A DNA stretch of 53,701 nucleotides from a bacterium (GCA_049472315.1 JBLIRN010000020.1:1-53701), one strand, 5' to 3'; counted from the first letter of the stretch, positions 9,777 to 19,960 are shown. Program-made: numbers and translations. The notes: a model not told the origin generated them from the sequence alone.

Positions 9777-10211
9777 GAAAATCAAGGGATCTTGAAAATT
9801 CTGTGAAGTATAAAATTGCTCTGATGTATTGAATGTATAGCGACTGCTATGCATAAAGGGTTGATTGACCGGCAACCGGTTGTGTGATAGCATTGTATTG
9901 ATTATGCATCCTTCAGTATCCCCTTTTTAGAGGGTGGTGCTATCCGAACACAGGCTGATGACTCGTTACTCCCCTTTCCCGCTAATTGGCTAATTCCTTC
10001 ATGGAATAAAACAAGGAGATAGCCGAGGAGGTCTCTTCCCGGCCGGTATTCAACGCAGTGCAGTTTCACGGCCTTTGTCATAGTTCCTATGTCATGGGCG
10101 TGGAGCCGGCAGCACGTGAATCGCATCCCGGGTGTGCCGACGCAACCGTTTATATGAGGGACCGGGGGCTTTTGCATGTCACATCCCTATGAGGGTGAAG
10201 GCCTTTTCCTA

Positions 10212-10258
10212 TGGAATGATTTTTGCTTTTCCTCTGAACGTATGGCTATTTTTTTGCG
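10212..10258 (+). promoter_or_regulatory. Two tandem sigma-54-like -24/-12 boxes
   Basis: TGGAAT-GATTT-TTGCT (10212) and TGGCTA-TTTTT-TTGCG (10243), both with 12-bp GG/GC spacing. Confidence 0.5.
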
Positions 10259-10380
10259 GGATTACAGATAATTGTAGAGGGCATGTGCATACCATGGAAT
10301 CATGTTTCCCAATAATTCGTTCAACCATAGGGGTATCCTCCTCAAAAGGCGAGTGATGCCGTGTGTCATAGGAGGCAGTA

Positions 10381-13300
10381 ATGGGGAAGAGGGTGTTTAA
10401 ACGGGCCTATGCGAGTTTCTTTTTACCGCTCATCATAGCGCTGTCATTGGTGATCACATCAACGGGGGTGGTATATGCCGCGCCCTCCATTGTTCGCGTG
10501 GAACCCAATTACGGCACCAGTCGGGGCGGGGCATCCGTTACCATCGAAGGGGCAGGATTCGCCCCTGATGCGGTCGTTCTGTTCGGAGGACACCAGGCCA
10601 TTGTCACGGGCAGGGATGCAGGCCGAATCGTATGCACGGTGCCCCCAGGATTGGGGAATGTGCCCCTGGAGGTGATCAACGGTGACGGATCCAATGATGC
10701 CCTCTCATACCAATACACCCTATCGGACAGCCTCTATATCGATGACCACCAAACCGGATCTGCCGGGGAGGAGGTTCACTTCTCACTTGGTATCAACAAT
10801 GCCCCCGAAGACATAACCTCCTTCGGATTCGACATCCACTTTGATCCCAATGTCCTCAATCCTGTTTCCGACCCGAATAAGCCCGATTCCATTGGCGTCC
10901 TCTTTACCAGGGGTGAATTGGCCGCCGATTTCAAATACCTTGGCATCACCTATACCCCAGGAAACAGCTACCTGAGAGTGGGGGGATTTACCCAGGATGC
11001 ACCCGAAGAGGAGCAATCCTTCATCCCCAAGGGTGTGTCGGGGGTCATCGCCACCGTTCACTTCACCATGCTGAGGGAATTGGGCACCGCCACCCTGAAT
11101 ATTGTCGGGTTGGACGATGACATGGCAGGGTGGAGCGCGCGTCCCGGATACCTCTTCTCATGCCCGTCCGAGGTGTGCGACGGCAAGGACAACGACTGCG
11201 ACGGGATTACGGACGAAGGATGTTACCCCTATTATTCGGATCGTGACCAGGACGGATTCGGGGACCCGAATGACTTGGTGAAATCCATCATCGCGCCTGA
11301 GGGGTACGTTTCAAACAGCGACGATTGCGACGATACGGACGGCACCGTGCATCCGGAGGCCGACGAGGTGTGCGACGGCAAGGACAATGACTGCAACGGG
11401 GTGGTGCCTGGTTCGGAGATCGACGACGACGGGGATGAAATGTCCGAGTGCCAGGGTGACTGTGATGATACGGACAGCACCGTTTACCTGGAAGCCCCCG
11501 AGGTGTGCGACGGCAAGGATAATGACTGCGATTCAGCCGTGCCTGCCGATGAGATGGATGCCGATACGGACACCTTCAGGATATGTGCAGGTGACTGTGA
11601 TGACACGGACAGCACCGTATATCCGGGAGCTATTGAGCTGTGCGATGGCAAGGACAACGACTGTGACGATGTGGTGCCTAGTTCTGAGATCGATGATGAT
11701 GGGGATGAAATATCCGAGTGTCAGGGCGACTGCGACGATACGGACGGCACCGTGCATCCGGAGGCCGACGAGGTGTGTGACGGCAAGGACAACGATTGCG
11801 ACGGGGATACGGATGAAGGCTGCCACACCTGCTATCGGGATGCTGATGCAGACGGGTTCGGTGATCCGAATGACACTATCGAATCCGTTGATCCCCCCGA
11901 GGGGTATGTTTCGATTGGCGGGGACTGCGACGACACGGACGGCAGCGTGTACCCGGAGGCCGACGAGGTGTGCGACGGTAAGGACAACGACTGCGACGGG
12001 GTGGTGGATGGGGAGTCCATCATCGGGTGCGTCCAGTACTATCACGATGCGGATGGGGATGGATACGGGGTGATTCAGCATGCACGATGCCTGTGCGCAC
12101 CTGAAGACGAATACAGGGCTCGCAAGCCGGGTGACTGCGATGACAGTGATCCTTATAAAAACCCCGGGGCCTTCGACCCGTGCGGCGGCGAGGATATGAA
12201 TTGCGACGGGATCACCGATTGCGCAACCCTCACCGGCCTAGTCATGGACCCGAACCGGCCGGGGGTGAATCCGCTTCTGCAGGGGGTGCGCCTTACCCTC
12301 ACCCGGGTGCTTCCTCGATCAGGCGCGCAGCATATCATCGACCCGAACGGGCTGGTGTTTGATTCCTCCTCTCAGTATTACCGCTACACGGTCGTTGACC
12401 TGGAGGTAGGGGTATACGAGGCGAGGATCGACAATGTGGACGAGGATCCGAATACATGGAGGTATCAGCCTGCACGGATATCCCTGACCCTCCTCCCGGG
12501 GGAAACCAAGGCCAGGGACATCAGCCTCGTCTCCATCCCGGCAGGGGAAGCCCCGCGCTCCATTGCGGTCCTGGTGTCCTCCCCTGGCGAGGAGGTCACC
12601 CTGACCCTCAAGGAACTCGTCATGAAGGACGTGAGGGTAGAGGAACGGACCATTGAGCGCATCACCAAGGGGCATTTCGAGGAAACAGTGCAGGTTAACG
12701 GGTATGAGTCCCCCGGATATGGTACCCTCTCGGATGTTTCTGCCTATGACACCGAGGTGGGGATGAATCCGTTCGAGCATACGTTTGTTCTTTTCCAGGA
12801 TGCGAATTGCCGCATTTATGCGGAGTCAAAGGGATATCGCAGGGATATCGGCGATGTGCTTGTCACCGGGGATACACCGGCACAGGTCGAATTGACCATC
12901 CATGAGCCCGGTTCCCCCTCCCTCTCGGTGAACAGTCATGACATCGACGAGGGAAGGATCAGCCTCACCATCTCCTACCGGGATGCCTTCGGAAGGCAGG
13001 GGATATGGAGCTATGGGAAGCAGCCCCTTGCGGATGTCAAAATCGCCCTTTTTGCCCCTGCTGATGACGCGGATAGTGATGGATGGCCGGATCCGGATCG
13101 CATGCCCGGAGGTGCTCACCTCACCGGGAGTGATATGCAGCGCACGGCGGATCCCAATGACCCGCAGATGATCACCCACCTGGAGTATATCCTTGACCCG
13201 AGGGTGCATCATATGACCGTCGAGCAGGAGGCCGCGGACGCCCAGGGAGACCCGAACATCTATGTGGTCGCCTTTACCATCGAGCTGTTCGACCCGGAAG

Positions 13301-16290
13301 GCGGTTCCCTGCTGGGGCCGTTGTCCCGCAGGCTTACGGTTTCGCCTGCCGAGAAGCGGACCGTTGGCCGGGTATTTGACACCCTCGATTGTTCGCAGGT
13401 CATGTCCATGGGGGTCATTCGCGTAGAGGGGGTCTTGAATGCGAATGGAGAGGAAAAGTCCGCGACGGCCTTTATGGATGCCGCTTCCATTGACCCCGCA
13501 TTTCTCTTCGAGGTCCCCTCAGGCACGGCCGGCCAGGCTGTCGGACCTGATGCGGTACTTGACCTTGCCATCACCTGTGCCCCTGATCCGCTTGATCCCG
13601 ATGTCACCGTGATAGACATTGCACTGCGCAATGACGAGGGGACTGCGGTCGAATACAATCCCGCCGGAGATCCGGATGCCCCTCCCCTCATCCTCGAAAT
13701 CCCCCTGGCAGGCTCTCTGCAGGCGCCTGACGTGGAGTTCTGGGAGGCCACCCGGCGGGCGGTGATCAAATTCATCCGCTTCGGCAGCGTGGAGGTGTTT
13801 ACCCCCGGTGACGGCGAGTTTATTGAATTCTATATCTCCGACAAGGCCGTATATATGGCCCGCATCATCACAAGGCACACCAGCGGGTGGTACTCAACCG
13901 TCCCCCCGGAGAACTTTTTTGTCACCACGGAGGGTCTGGGGGCAGGGGAGGTGGCGGCAGGATGGGATCCGGTTCTCGATGAAAACATGGATCTCGACGA
14001 ATACCGGGTCTATTATGGTACCTCCCCGGACATTGACCTGACAGGCGGTCAATACGAGCCTGTGCCCCCCGGCGGGAATTCCTGCCTCATTTCCGGACTG
14101 CGGGATCAGACCTTGTACTCATTTGTCCTGGTTGCGGTTTCCACATCCGGCGACCTCGGTGTATCCTCCCCGCTTGTAACCGCAATACCGGGTGCGGCAT
14201 ATACCGGCGAGGAGCTTCATGAAGGGACCGAGGTACGTGATTACCAGATCGTTACCTATCCGGTGGTTGCAGCGAATCCCGATCCGAATGCGCCGGAGAA
14301 TTTCCTTGACGATCTTGGCGAAAGAGACCCACAGCAGTGGCGGCTCTGGTGGTGGGACCCGTCCATTGATGACTACGAGGAATTCCCTGATATCGGCACC
14401 GTGGTCCCATGCAAGGCCTTTTTTCTGATAGCGAGAAACAAGGGTATCAGCATTGATATTCCGGGAAGACCGGTGCAAACCTCGTATGCCTATGAGCTCC
14501 GGAGCGGATGGAACCTGATCGGTTCTCCCTATCCGTTCGATATATCGTGGCAGGAGGTGCTCGCAGATCCGAATAACACGGATGTTATAGGGCGGCTCTA
14601 CGGGGGAGACCCCAATGATCCATTCAATGACGACCCGGGCGTGCCCAAGCTCTATGCCTTTGACTCCGATTCCCCAAGCAGCTACCGGTATGAGGATGAG
14701 GTCATGGAGGCCGGGGTCGGATACTGGATCAGAAACACCGGAGATCCCGCTGTGCTTCGCTTTGAACCGAAGATATTCCTTGGATCCATTGAGAAGCGCT
14801 TCCGGCCGGTCAACATCTCGTCGGAATCACCCCCTGCACCGCCCGGCAGCGAAACCACGCCCAGGGAACAGGGCATTGGGGGATGCTTCATAGGGCTCTT
14901 TGAGGAGAATTGGCACATTGCAGCGACCGCCGTTATACTGGTCATCCTCGGGGTCTGTGCCCTGATAGGCAGACGGTTCAGGTTTCCCGGCAAGGGAGGC
15001 CTTGGTCCCTTCCTCCTGGTCCTGTTCTTGTGCGGTGTCAGTATTCTCCTTGCCGTGCTCTGTGCCGAATCCGCCGGGAATGTCACCACGTACATCGACG
15101 CCCGGAAGGCCTTTCAAGCAGGGGAATATGAGCGGGCGGAAAAGGGATTCAGGGGTGTTATCGACGTATATCCGGGGCACGCCTATGCCCACAAGGACCT
15201 GGGGTTGACCCTCATCTTTATGAATCGTCCGAATGAGGCCCTGGATGCACTCAGAAAGGCATTTGCCCTTGCGCCACGGACGCGGCTGGCCCTTGAATCG
15301 CAGTATGCGGCCGGGTTTCTTTTCCTCAAGAGCCGGAAGCGGCTGAGTCAGAGCGTAACCCTCGGCTACATGTATGACGACAATGTCACCCTCTATCCGG
15401 AGGAAGAACCCACCGGTCGCTATGACGCTATCGGGCAGATTCGCTATACCCCGCAACTCAGGTGGTATATCCCCGGGCTGAGGGGTTTCAATACCATTTC
15501 GGTGGGGTATATGATCGATTCCCTGTTTTATGACCGCCGGGATGAGCGGGACCTGCAGATCCAACTGCTCATCGCCACCTGGACCTATATGCGCGGGACT
15601 TCCAGGACGACGTTGCTTGCCACATACCATTCAAGTCACCTTGACTATGACCGGTATACCAACGGGCCGGGGATAGGCTTCAGGTGGGCGCATGACTTCG
15701 CCTACCGGATGACCGCGGAGCTCGGGTGCGGGTACGACTGGCAGAACCGGGTGCAGGAGAGGACCAAGGACAAGGAAACGGTCAAGGGACTGGCAAATGT
15801 CCGGTTCTACTCACCGGGCCGGGGGGGATACGTGCAGGTGGAATATGTCTACAGGGATGATCGCGAGAAGGAGGGGCTTACCCCTGTGCAGAAGAATGAA
15901 CTGACCAGCGGGACCACCCACCAGTATGAGATATGTGTATCCATCCCGAAGAGCTTTATCCTCCCCTTCGGATTCATAACCGCGAAGGGTGACTGGTCCG
16001 CCCACCGCGACGTGCATTCATTCACGTACAGCACAAAGCGGTACGATTGGCTGTACCATATGTATCTCAGCGGCGGCCATCGGGAGGACGATACCTATGT
16101 CTACGAATTCCGTCATACGCAGCCCCTGTTCAGGAATGCATTGAGCAAAAAGGGGGGATGTCGCCTGGATCTGGAATTGAAATATTCCCATCGGCATAAT
16201 GATTCAAACATCGATGATCTAAACCCCAGCCTGGAGAGCAGGGATTATCACAGAAACACATACGCCCTCGGGCTAACGTGTAGATTTTAA
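10381..16290 (+). CDS. Giant multidomain surface protein: IPT/TIG, cohesin-like, MopE-like repeats, FN3-like, internal CFI-box plus TM, TPR, putative outer-membrane beta-barrel
   Basis: Signal peptide (VYA); P.I..V.P..G...GG..VTI.G.GF; EVCDGKDNDC repeats; YRVYYG...GL...TLYSF; GGCFI followed by a hydrophobic helix and RRFR; TPR-like helices; alternating-pattern C-terminus ending in F. Confidence 0.85.
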   Translation: MGKRVFKRAYASFFLPLIIALSLVITSTGVVYAAPSIVRVEPNYGTSRGGASVTIEGAGFAPDAVVLFGGHQAIVTGRDAGRIVCTVPPGLGNVPLEVINGDGSNDALSYQYTLSDSLYIDDHQTGSAGEEVHFSLGINNAPEDITSFGFDIHFDPNVLNPVSDPNKPDSIGVLFTRGELAADFKYLGITYTPGNSYLRVGGFTQDAPEEEQSFIPKGVSGVIATVHFTMLRELGTATLNIVGLDDDMAGWSARPGYLFSCPSEVCDGKDNDCDGITDEGCYPYYSDRDQDGFGDPNDLVKSIIAPEGYVSNSDDCDDTDGTVHPEADEVCDGKDNDCNGVVPGSEIDDDGDEMSECQGDCDDTDSTVYLEAPEVCDGKDNDCDSAVPADEMDADTDTFRICAGDCDDTDSTVYPGAIELCDGKDNDCDDVVPSSEIDDDGDEISECQGDCDDTDGTVHPEADEVCDGKDNDCDGDTDEGCHTCYRDADADGFGDPNDTIESVDPPEGYVSIGGDCDDTDGSVYPEADEVCDGKDNDCDGVVDGESIIGCVQYYHDADGDGYGVIQHARCLCAPEDEYRARKPGDCDDSDPYKNPGAFDPCGGEDMNCDGITDCATLTGLVMDPNRPGVNPLLQGVRLTLTRVLPRSGAQHIIDPNGLVFDSSSQYYRYTVVDLEVGVYEARIDNVDEDPNTWRYQPARISLTLLPGETKARDISLVSIPAGEAPRSIAVLVSSPGEEVTLTLKELVMKDVRVEERTIERITKGHFEETVQVNGYESPGYGTLSDVSAYDTEVGMNPFEHTFVLFQDANCRIYAESKGYRRDIGDVLVTGDTPAQVELTIHEPGSPSLSVNSHDIDEGRISLTISYRDAFGRQGIWSYGKQPLADVKIALFAPADDADSDGWPDPDRMPGGAHLTGSDMQRTADPNDPQMITHLEYILDPRVHHMTVEQEAADAQGDPNIYVVAFTIELFDPEGGSLLGPLSRRLTVSPAEKRTVGRVFDTLDCSQVMSMGVIRVEGVLNANGEEKSATAFMDAASIDPAFLFEVPSGTAGQAVGPDAVLDLAITCAPDPLDPDVTVIDIALRNDEGTAVEYNPAGDPDAPPLILEIPLAGSLQAPDVEFWEATRRAVIKFIRFGSVEVFTPGDGEFIEFYISDKAVYMARIITRHTSGWYSTVPPENFFVTTEGLGAGEVAAGWDPVLDENMDLDEYRVYYGTSPDIDLTGGQYEPVPPGGNSCLISGLRDQTLYSFVLVAVSTSGDLGVSSPLVTAIPGAAYTGEELHEGTEVRDYQIVTYPVVAANPDPNAPENFLDDLGERDPQQWRLWWWDPSIDDYEEFPDIGTVVPCKAFFLIARNKGISIDIPGRPVQTSYAYELRSGWNLIGSPYPFDISWQEVLADPNNTDVIGRLYGGDPNDPFNDDPGVPKLYAFDSDSPSSYRYEDEVMEAGVGYWIRNTGDPAVLRFEPKIFLGSIEKRFRPVNISSESPPAPPGSETTPREQGIGGCFIGLFEENWHIAATAVILVILGVCALIGRRFRFPGKGGLGPFLLVLFLCGVSILLAVLCAESAGNVTTYIDARKAFQAGEYERAEKGFRGVIDVYPGHAYAHKDLGLTLIFMNRPNEALDALRKAFALAPRTRLALESQYAAGFLFLKSRKRLSQSVTLGYMYDDNVTLYPEEEPTGRYDAIGQIRYTPQLRWYIPGLRGFNTISVGYMIDSLFYDRRDERDLQIQLLIATWTYMRGTSRTTLLATYHSSHLDYDRYTNGPGIGFRWAHDFAYRMTAELGCGYDWQNRVQERTKDKETVKGLANVRFYSPGRGGYVQVEYVYRDDREKEGLTPVQKNELTSGTTHQYEICVSIPKSFILPFGFITAKGDWSAHRDVHSFTYSTKRYDWLYHMYLSGGHREDDTYVYEFRHTQPLFRNALSKKGGCRLDLELKYSHRHNDSNIDDLNPSLESRDYHRNTYALGLTCRF

Positions 16291-16309
16291 TGCTATCGGG
16301 GAGGTGCCC

Positions 16310-17431
16310 ATGATCAATAGAAGGGATTGCAGGTATGGACGCGTAGGGATGATGTCATTGGTGGTGCTTGCCATGTGCGGTATCCTTTTTGCCCCGGGCA
16401 TGCCCATGGCGGCTGAAACGCCCGTGGGCAGAATCGATCGGCTCGTGGGCACCGTGTATGTTCAGCACTCCTGGGATGCAAAGCCAGCCGTTGCCAAACA
16501 GGATGACGACCTGTTCCACAGGGACACCATAACGACCGGTGAGCGGTCAAAGGCGAGCCTCAGTTTCATCAACGGGGCGGTCCTCGACATGGGCGAACAG
16601 ACCGAGCTTGTGGTAAAGGAACTGCACTACCGGCCCGATGACGCGCTGAGTCAATCCACCTTCACCATGAAGCTGGGACGGGTCAGGGCCTTTATAAGCA
16701 AATTCATCAATCCATCATCGCGATTTGAAATACAGACCACCACTGCGGTGACCGGGGTGGTGGGCACCGAACAACTCGTCATCAACGAGCGGACGGAAAG
16801 GGAAGGAACGATCGAGGACTCCACCCGGGCCATTTGTACAGTCGGAAGCGTCGAGGTGCGCAACGTTGACCCGCAGATACCCGACAGGGTTGTCTTGGGA
16901 GCCTTCCAGCAGGTATGGGTCTTCGAGGGTGCCCCACCCGAAGAGATTATGGATGTGACCATGGAGGAACTGGAAGGACTCCTGCAGGAGATCATGATCT
17001 CGGTCCAGGAAGAGGAGCAGGGCGCAGCCATTCAGATCGAGAAGAAAACCAGGGAGCGAAAGGGAGCAGGGCCTCCTCCGGAGAAGGCTCCGGAGGACAA
17101 GGCGGAAGGGGCGAAGGAAAGGCCCGGTGCCCTTGAGGGGGGAATTCCCCCCGGAGTCCCCGGACAACCGGTGATAGCGCCCCCTGAAGCCCCTCGGGAG
17201 GTCGAGCAGCCGGGATTGCCGGAGGAGCCCTTTCCCGTCGAGACGGAAGTGCTTTTAGACCAGGACCTGGGCGGAGAAATGGGTGATGAGTTTTCCCCCG
17301 AAGGTATAGGATCCGGACTGATAGAGGAGCTTGGAGAAACGATTCAACAGGAATATACCGAAGAGGAAACCAAGGACCTGAAGCTTCTGCCGGAGCCGCC
17401 GGATCCTCCCAATATGGAGGTGGAGCGATAG
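16310..17431 (+). CDS. FecR-domain periplasmic protein with acidic/Pro-rich tail
   Basis: D.I.TG.RS.A.L.F..G...MG..T.L, G.VRA, FEI.T.TAV.GV.GT; signal peptide; RBS GGAGG. Confidence 0.85.
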   Translation: MINRRDCRYGRVGMMSLVVLAMCGILFAPGMPMAAETPVGRIDRLVGTVYVQHSWDAKPAVAKQDDDLFHRDTITTGERSKASLSFINGAVLDMGEQTELVVKELHYRPDDALSQSTFTMKLGRVRAFISKFINPSSRFEIQTTTAVTGVVGTEQLVINERTEREGTIEDSTRAICTVGSVEVRNVDPQIPDRVVLGAFQQVWVFEGAPPEEIMDVTMEELEGLLQEIMISVQEEEQGAAIQIEKKTRERKGAGPPPEKAPEDKAEGAKERPGALEGGIPPGVPGQPVIAPPEAPREVEQPGLPEEPFPVETEVLLDQDLGGEMGDEFSPEGIGSGLIEELGETIQQEYTEEETKDLKLLPEPPDPPNMEVER

Positions 17432-17671
17432 CGATTGCACCAACCAAGCTATCCTTGTACGGAGGTGCTCACGTCAGTGCAATGCCGAAAGCAGACGTGC
17501 CGGCCGCGGAATAGAGGCCTTTTTATTCAGGTGGCGTATCGATATAATTAGGGATACCCTTCGATGTCCGGGCCGGCGGGGGTGTTGCTACGGACAATGT
17601 CCTTATCAGGTGGCGAGGGTATCCTGATCGCATGAAGCGGAGGGCGTGTTTGATCTCAGGCAGGGAGAACG

Positions 17672-18760
17672 ATGACCAAGGGAACAAAGGAACAGGAAGT
17701 AATCCTCCTCGTTGAGGATGAGCCCGATATTGCGAATCTGATCCATCTCCTCCTGGAGGGATGCGGATACGACGTCATCTGGAACAGTGACGGTAAGGAG
17801 GTCATCAGCATCCTGGAAAAGGAGCCACGGGTTGACCTGATCCTGCTCGACCTTACCCTCGGCGAGATGGACGGCCTGGACATCGCTCGGCAGATCCGCA
17901 ATAACGACCGATGGAAGGATCTCCCGATTATCATGGTGACCTGTCACAACCGCCAGGAGGATAAGATCAGCGGCCTGATGGCGGGTGCCGACGACTACAT
18001 AACAAAGCCCTTCAACAACGAGGAATTGGTGCTGAGGGTCAAGACGAGGCTCAGGATCAGGGCACTTGAAAACCGTCTACGCAATTCCGAGGAAAAATTT
18101 CGTCGTCTGAGCGAGAATGCCCAGGATATCATTTACCGTATAAATTGCGATCGGGAATTCGACTACGTCAACCCGGCCGTAAAAAAGATCACCGGATACA
18201 GTCAGAAGGAAATCCTGGACATGGGACTGTGCGGCTACCTCAAGCTCATTCATGAGACGGACAAAGGCATGCTTGCCGATGGTCTTGCAGGGGTTGAAAA
18301 AAAGAGGGGAAGGGCCGAAATCGAATACCGCCTCAGGACCAAGGGGAAACGGTGGATCTGGCTTCATGACAAGAGGATTCCCGTGTACGACAAGGATAAC
18401 AACCTGATCGCCATCGAAGGGATCATTCGTGATGTGACCGAAAATAAGAGGATGGAAGAGAAAAAGATACAGATGGAAAAATTGAAGGCCCTCCAGCATC
18501 TCGCCGGAGGTGCCGCTCACAATATCAATCAGCCGCTTTCCTGTATCAAGGGATTCTTGAAGATATTCGAAGAGAAGCTCTGCCAGACGGATAAGAACGA
18601 GGATCAGGATACGCTGGCGGATGTGAAGCTCGTGGAAGAGGCGGTTGATCGCATCTCCGATATCGTACACAGGCTTCTCTCCATAGACACCATAGAGACG
18701 GAGTCCTATCCGTCAGGTGGAGAGATCCTGGACCTCGAACGATCCAGCCAGAAGAATTAA
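17672..18760 (+). CDS. Response regulator: REC-PAS-HisKA-like, no HATPase domain
   Basis: LLVEDE, LILLD, PIIMVT, GADDYITKPF; PAS (SEEKFR..ENA.DII..DVTE); H-box AHNINQPL; ends before any ATPase domain. Confidence 0.88.
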   Translation: MTKGTKEQEVILLVEDEPDIANLIHLLLEGCGYDVIWNSDGKEVISILEKEPRVDLILLDLTLGEMDGLDIARQIRNNDRWKDLPIIMVTCHNRQEDKISGLMAGADDYITKPFNNEELVLRVKTRLRIRALENRLRNSEEKFRRLSENAQDIIYRINCDREFDYVNPAVKKITGYSQKEILDMGLCGYLKLIHETDKGMLADGLAGVEKKRGRAEIEYRLRTKGKRWIWLHDKRIPVYDKDNNLIAIEGIIRDVTENKRMEEKKIQMEKLKALQHLAGGAAHNINQPLSCIKGFLKIFEEKLCQTDKNEDQDTLADVKLVEEAVDRISDIVHRLLSIDTIETESYPSGGEILDLERSSQKN

Positions 18761-18780
18761 AAGAATTCCTCATTATCCAT

Positions 18781-18812
18781 AAAAAAAGGGCCGGTGCATG
18801 CACCGGCCCTTT
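18781..18812. terminator. Terminator hairpin between convergent genes
   Basis: A7-GGGCCGGTGC-AT-GCACCGGCCC-TTT; longer T tract on the minus strand. Confidence 0.8.
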
Positions 18813-18833
18813 CTGCACTATGCGCAAGCAGGA

Positions 18834-19682
18834 TCAATACCAGTACCACAAACCGGAAGCGGTTGCCACAGGAGTAGTGGTGGTGGGAGAGGTGGTGGTA
18901 GCAGGTGTCGTTGTCAATGGCGAAGCAAGCGGTGAGGATGTCTGACCAAGCAGCGACTGCAAGAGCAGAAGTGTATAGATGCTGCTCCCGCCCATGCCGC
19001 CATACATACCGCCGTAGAGCCCGCCGCCGTACAGACTGTTGCCCAAAAGTCCGCCGTACAAACTGCTGCCGCCCAGGAGCCCGCCGTAGAGGCTGCTGCC
19101 GCCCAGGAGTCCGCCGTAGAGGCTGCTGCCGCCCAAGAGTCCGCCATAGAGGCCGCCATACATGCCCATACCGCCTAACAGGCCTCCGTACATGCCGCCC
19201 AGGCCGTAAAGACCCGACGTTCCCAAGAGGCTCGTGAGATCGGTACCGGTTCCGTCGGTGCCGAGCTGTCCCAACAGCGCCATGAGGTAGAGGGTGCGCA
19301 AGCTGCTGCCGCCCATACTGCCGTATAAGCCTCCGTACATACCGCCGTACATGCTGCTGCCGTAGAGCCCGCCGTACATGCTGCTGCCGTAGAGGCTGCT
19401 GCCATAGAGACTGCTGCCGTAGAGACTGCTGCCGTAGAGTCCACCGTACATGCTGCTTCCGTAAAGGCCTCCGTATAACCCTCCCCCATACATGCTCCCT
19501 AACAATCCGCCGTATAATCCGCTGCTCAGGCTTGTGGTGCCGAAACTTCCGCCGAGGAGTCCGGAGCCGTAAAGACCATACGTTTGGGCATGGGAGGTAT
19601 GGGGAGTGGCAATACAGATGATAAGAAGCATTACCAAGAGGAGACTCATCTGCCTGACTCTCACTATCCATTTTTCCTTCAT
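18834..19682 (-). CDS. Exported Gly/Tyr/Leu/Ser-rich low-complexity protein
   Basis: Signal peptide ending SHA; (L/M)YG(G/S)(S/L) and GLLGGSSLYG repeats; Thr-rich linker; WYWY C-terminus; RBS AAGGGG. Confidence 0.8.
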   Translation of the reverse strand: MKEKWIVRVRQMSLLLVMLLIICIATPHTSHAQTYGLYGSGLLGGSFGTTSLSSGLYGGLLGSMYGGGLYGGLYGSSMYGGLYGSSLYGSSLYGSSLYGSSMYGGLYGSSMYGGMYGGLYGSMGGSSLRTLYLMALLGQLGTDGTGTDLTSLLGTSGLYGLGGMYGGLLGGMGMYGGLYGGLLGGSSLYGGLLGGSSLYGGLLGGSSLYGGLLGNSLYGGGLYGGMYGGMGGSSIYTLLLLQSLLGQTSSPLASPLTTTPATTTSPTTTTPVATASGLWYWY

Positions 19683-19895
19683 CTCATTCCCCTTTCGCGT
19701 ACCAAATAAAATTAACCTTTTCTTAGCAATAAACCTCAGTCCTCAACGGTCATTTTTGCCGGGACGTCACACCCCCTTTCCTCAATGACCTGTTATCCAG
19801 TCATCCGCCGGTGGGATGATGAAAAATCGTATATTTGTATCCTCTCATGCAAATGCCTTGGTTTTTAAGGCCTTTGCAGACTCGTGTTAACATTA

Positions 19896-19911
19896 TGCAA
19901 GGGAAGTGCCA
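19896..19911 (-). promoter_or_regulatory. sigma-54 -24/-12 promoter
   Basis: TGGCAC-TTCCC-TTGCA, exact consensus. Confidence 0.8.
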
Positions 19912-19960
19912 ATCGATCGATGGGGTAGAGAGAGGGGGAATTTTATAAAAAGATATAATA

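Noticed and set aside
9930..9970. Fluoride riboswitch or hammerhead (GCTGATGAC motif)
   Set aside because: Lacks the GAUG P1 and matching pseudoknot; no GAAA after a stem II; no crcB-type gene downstream.
18757..19671. 304-aa Arg/Gln-rich alternative-frame ORF
   Set aside because: Shadow frame of the Gly/Tyr repeats; no signal peptide; runs through the terminator.
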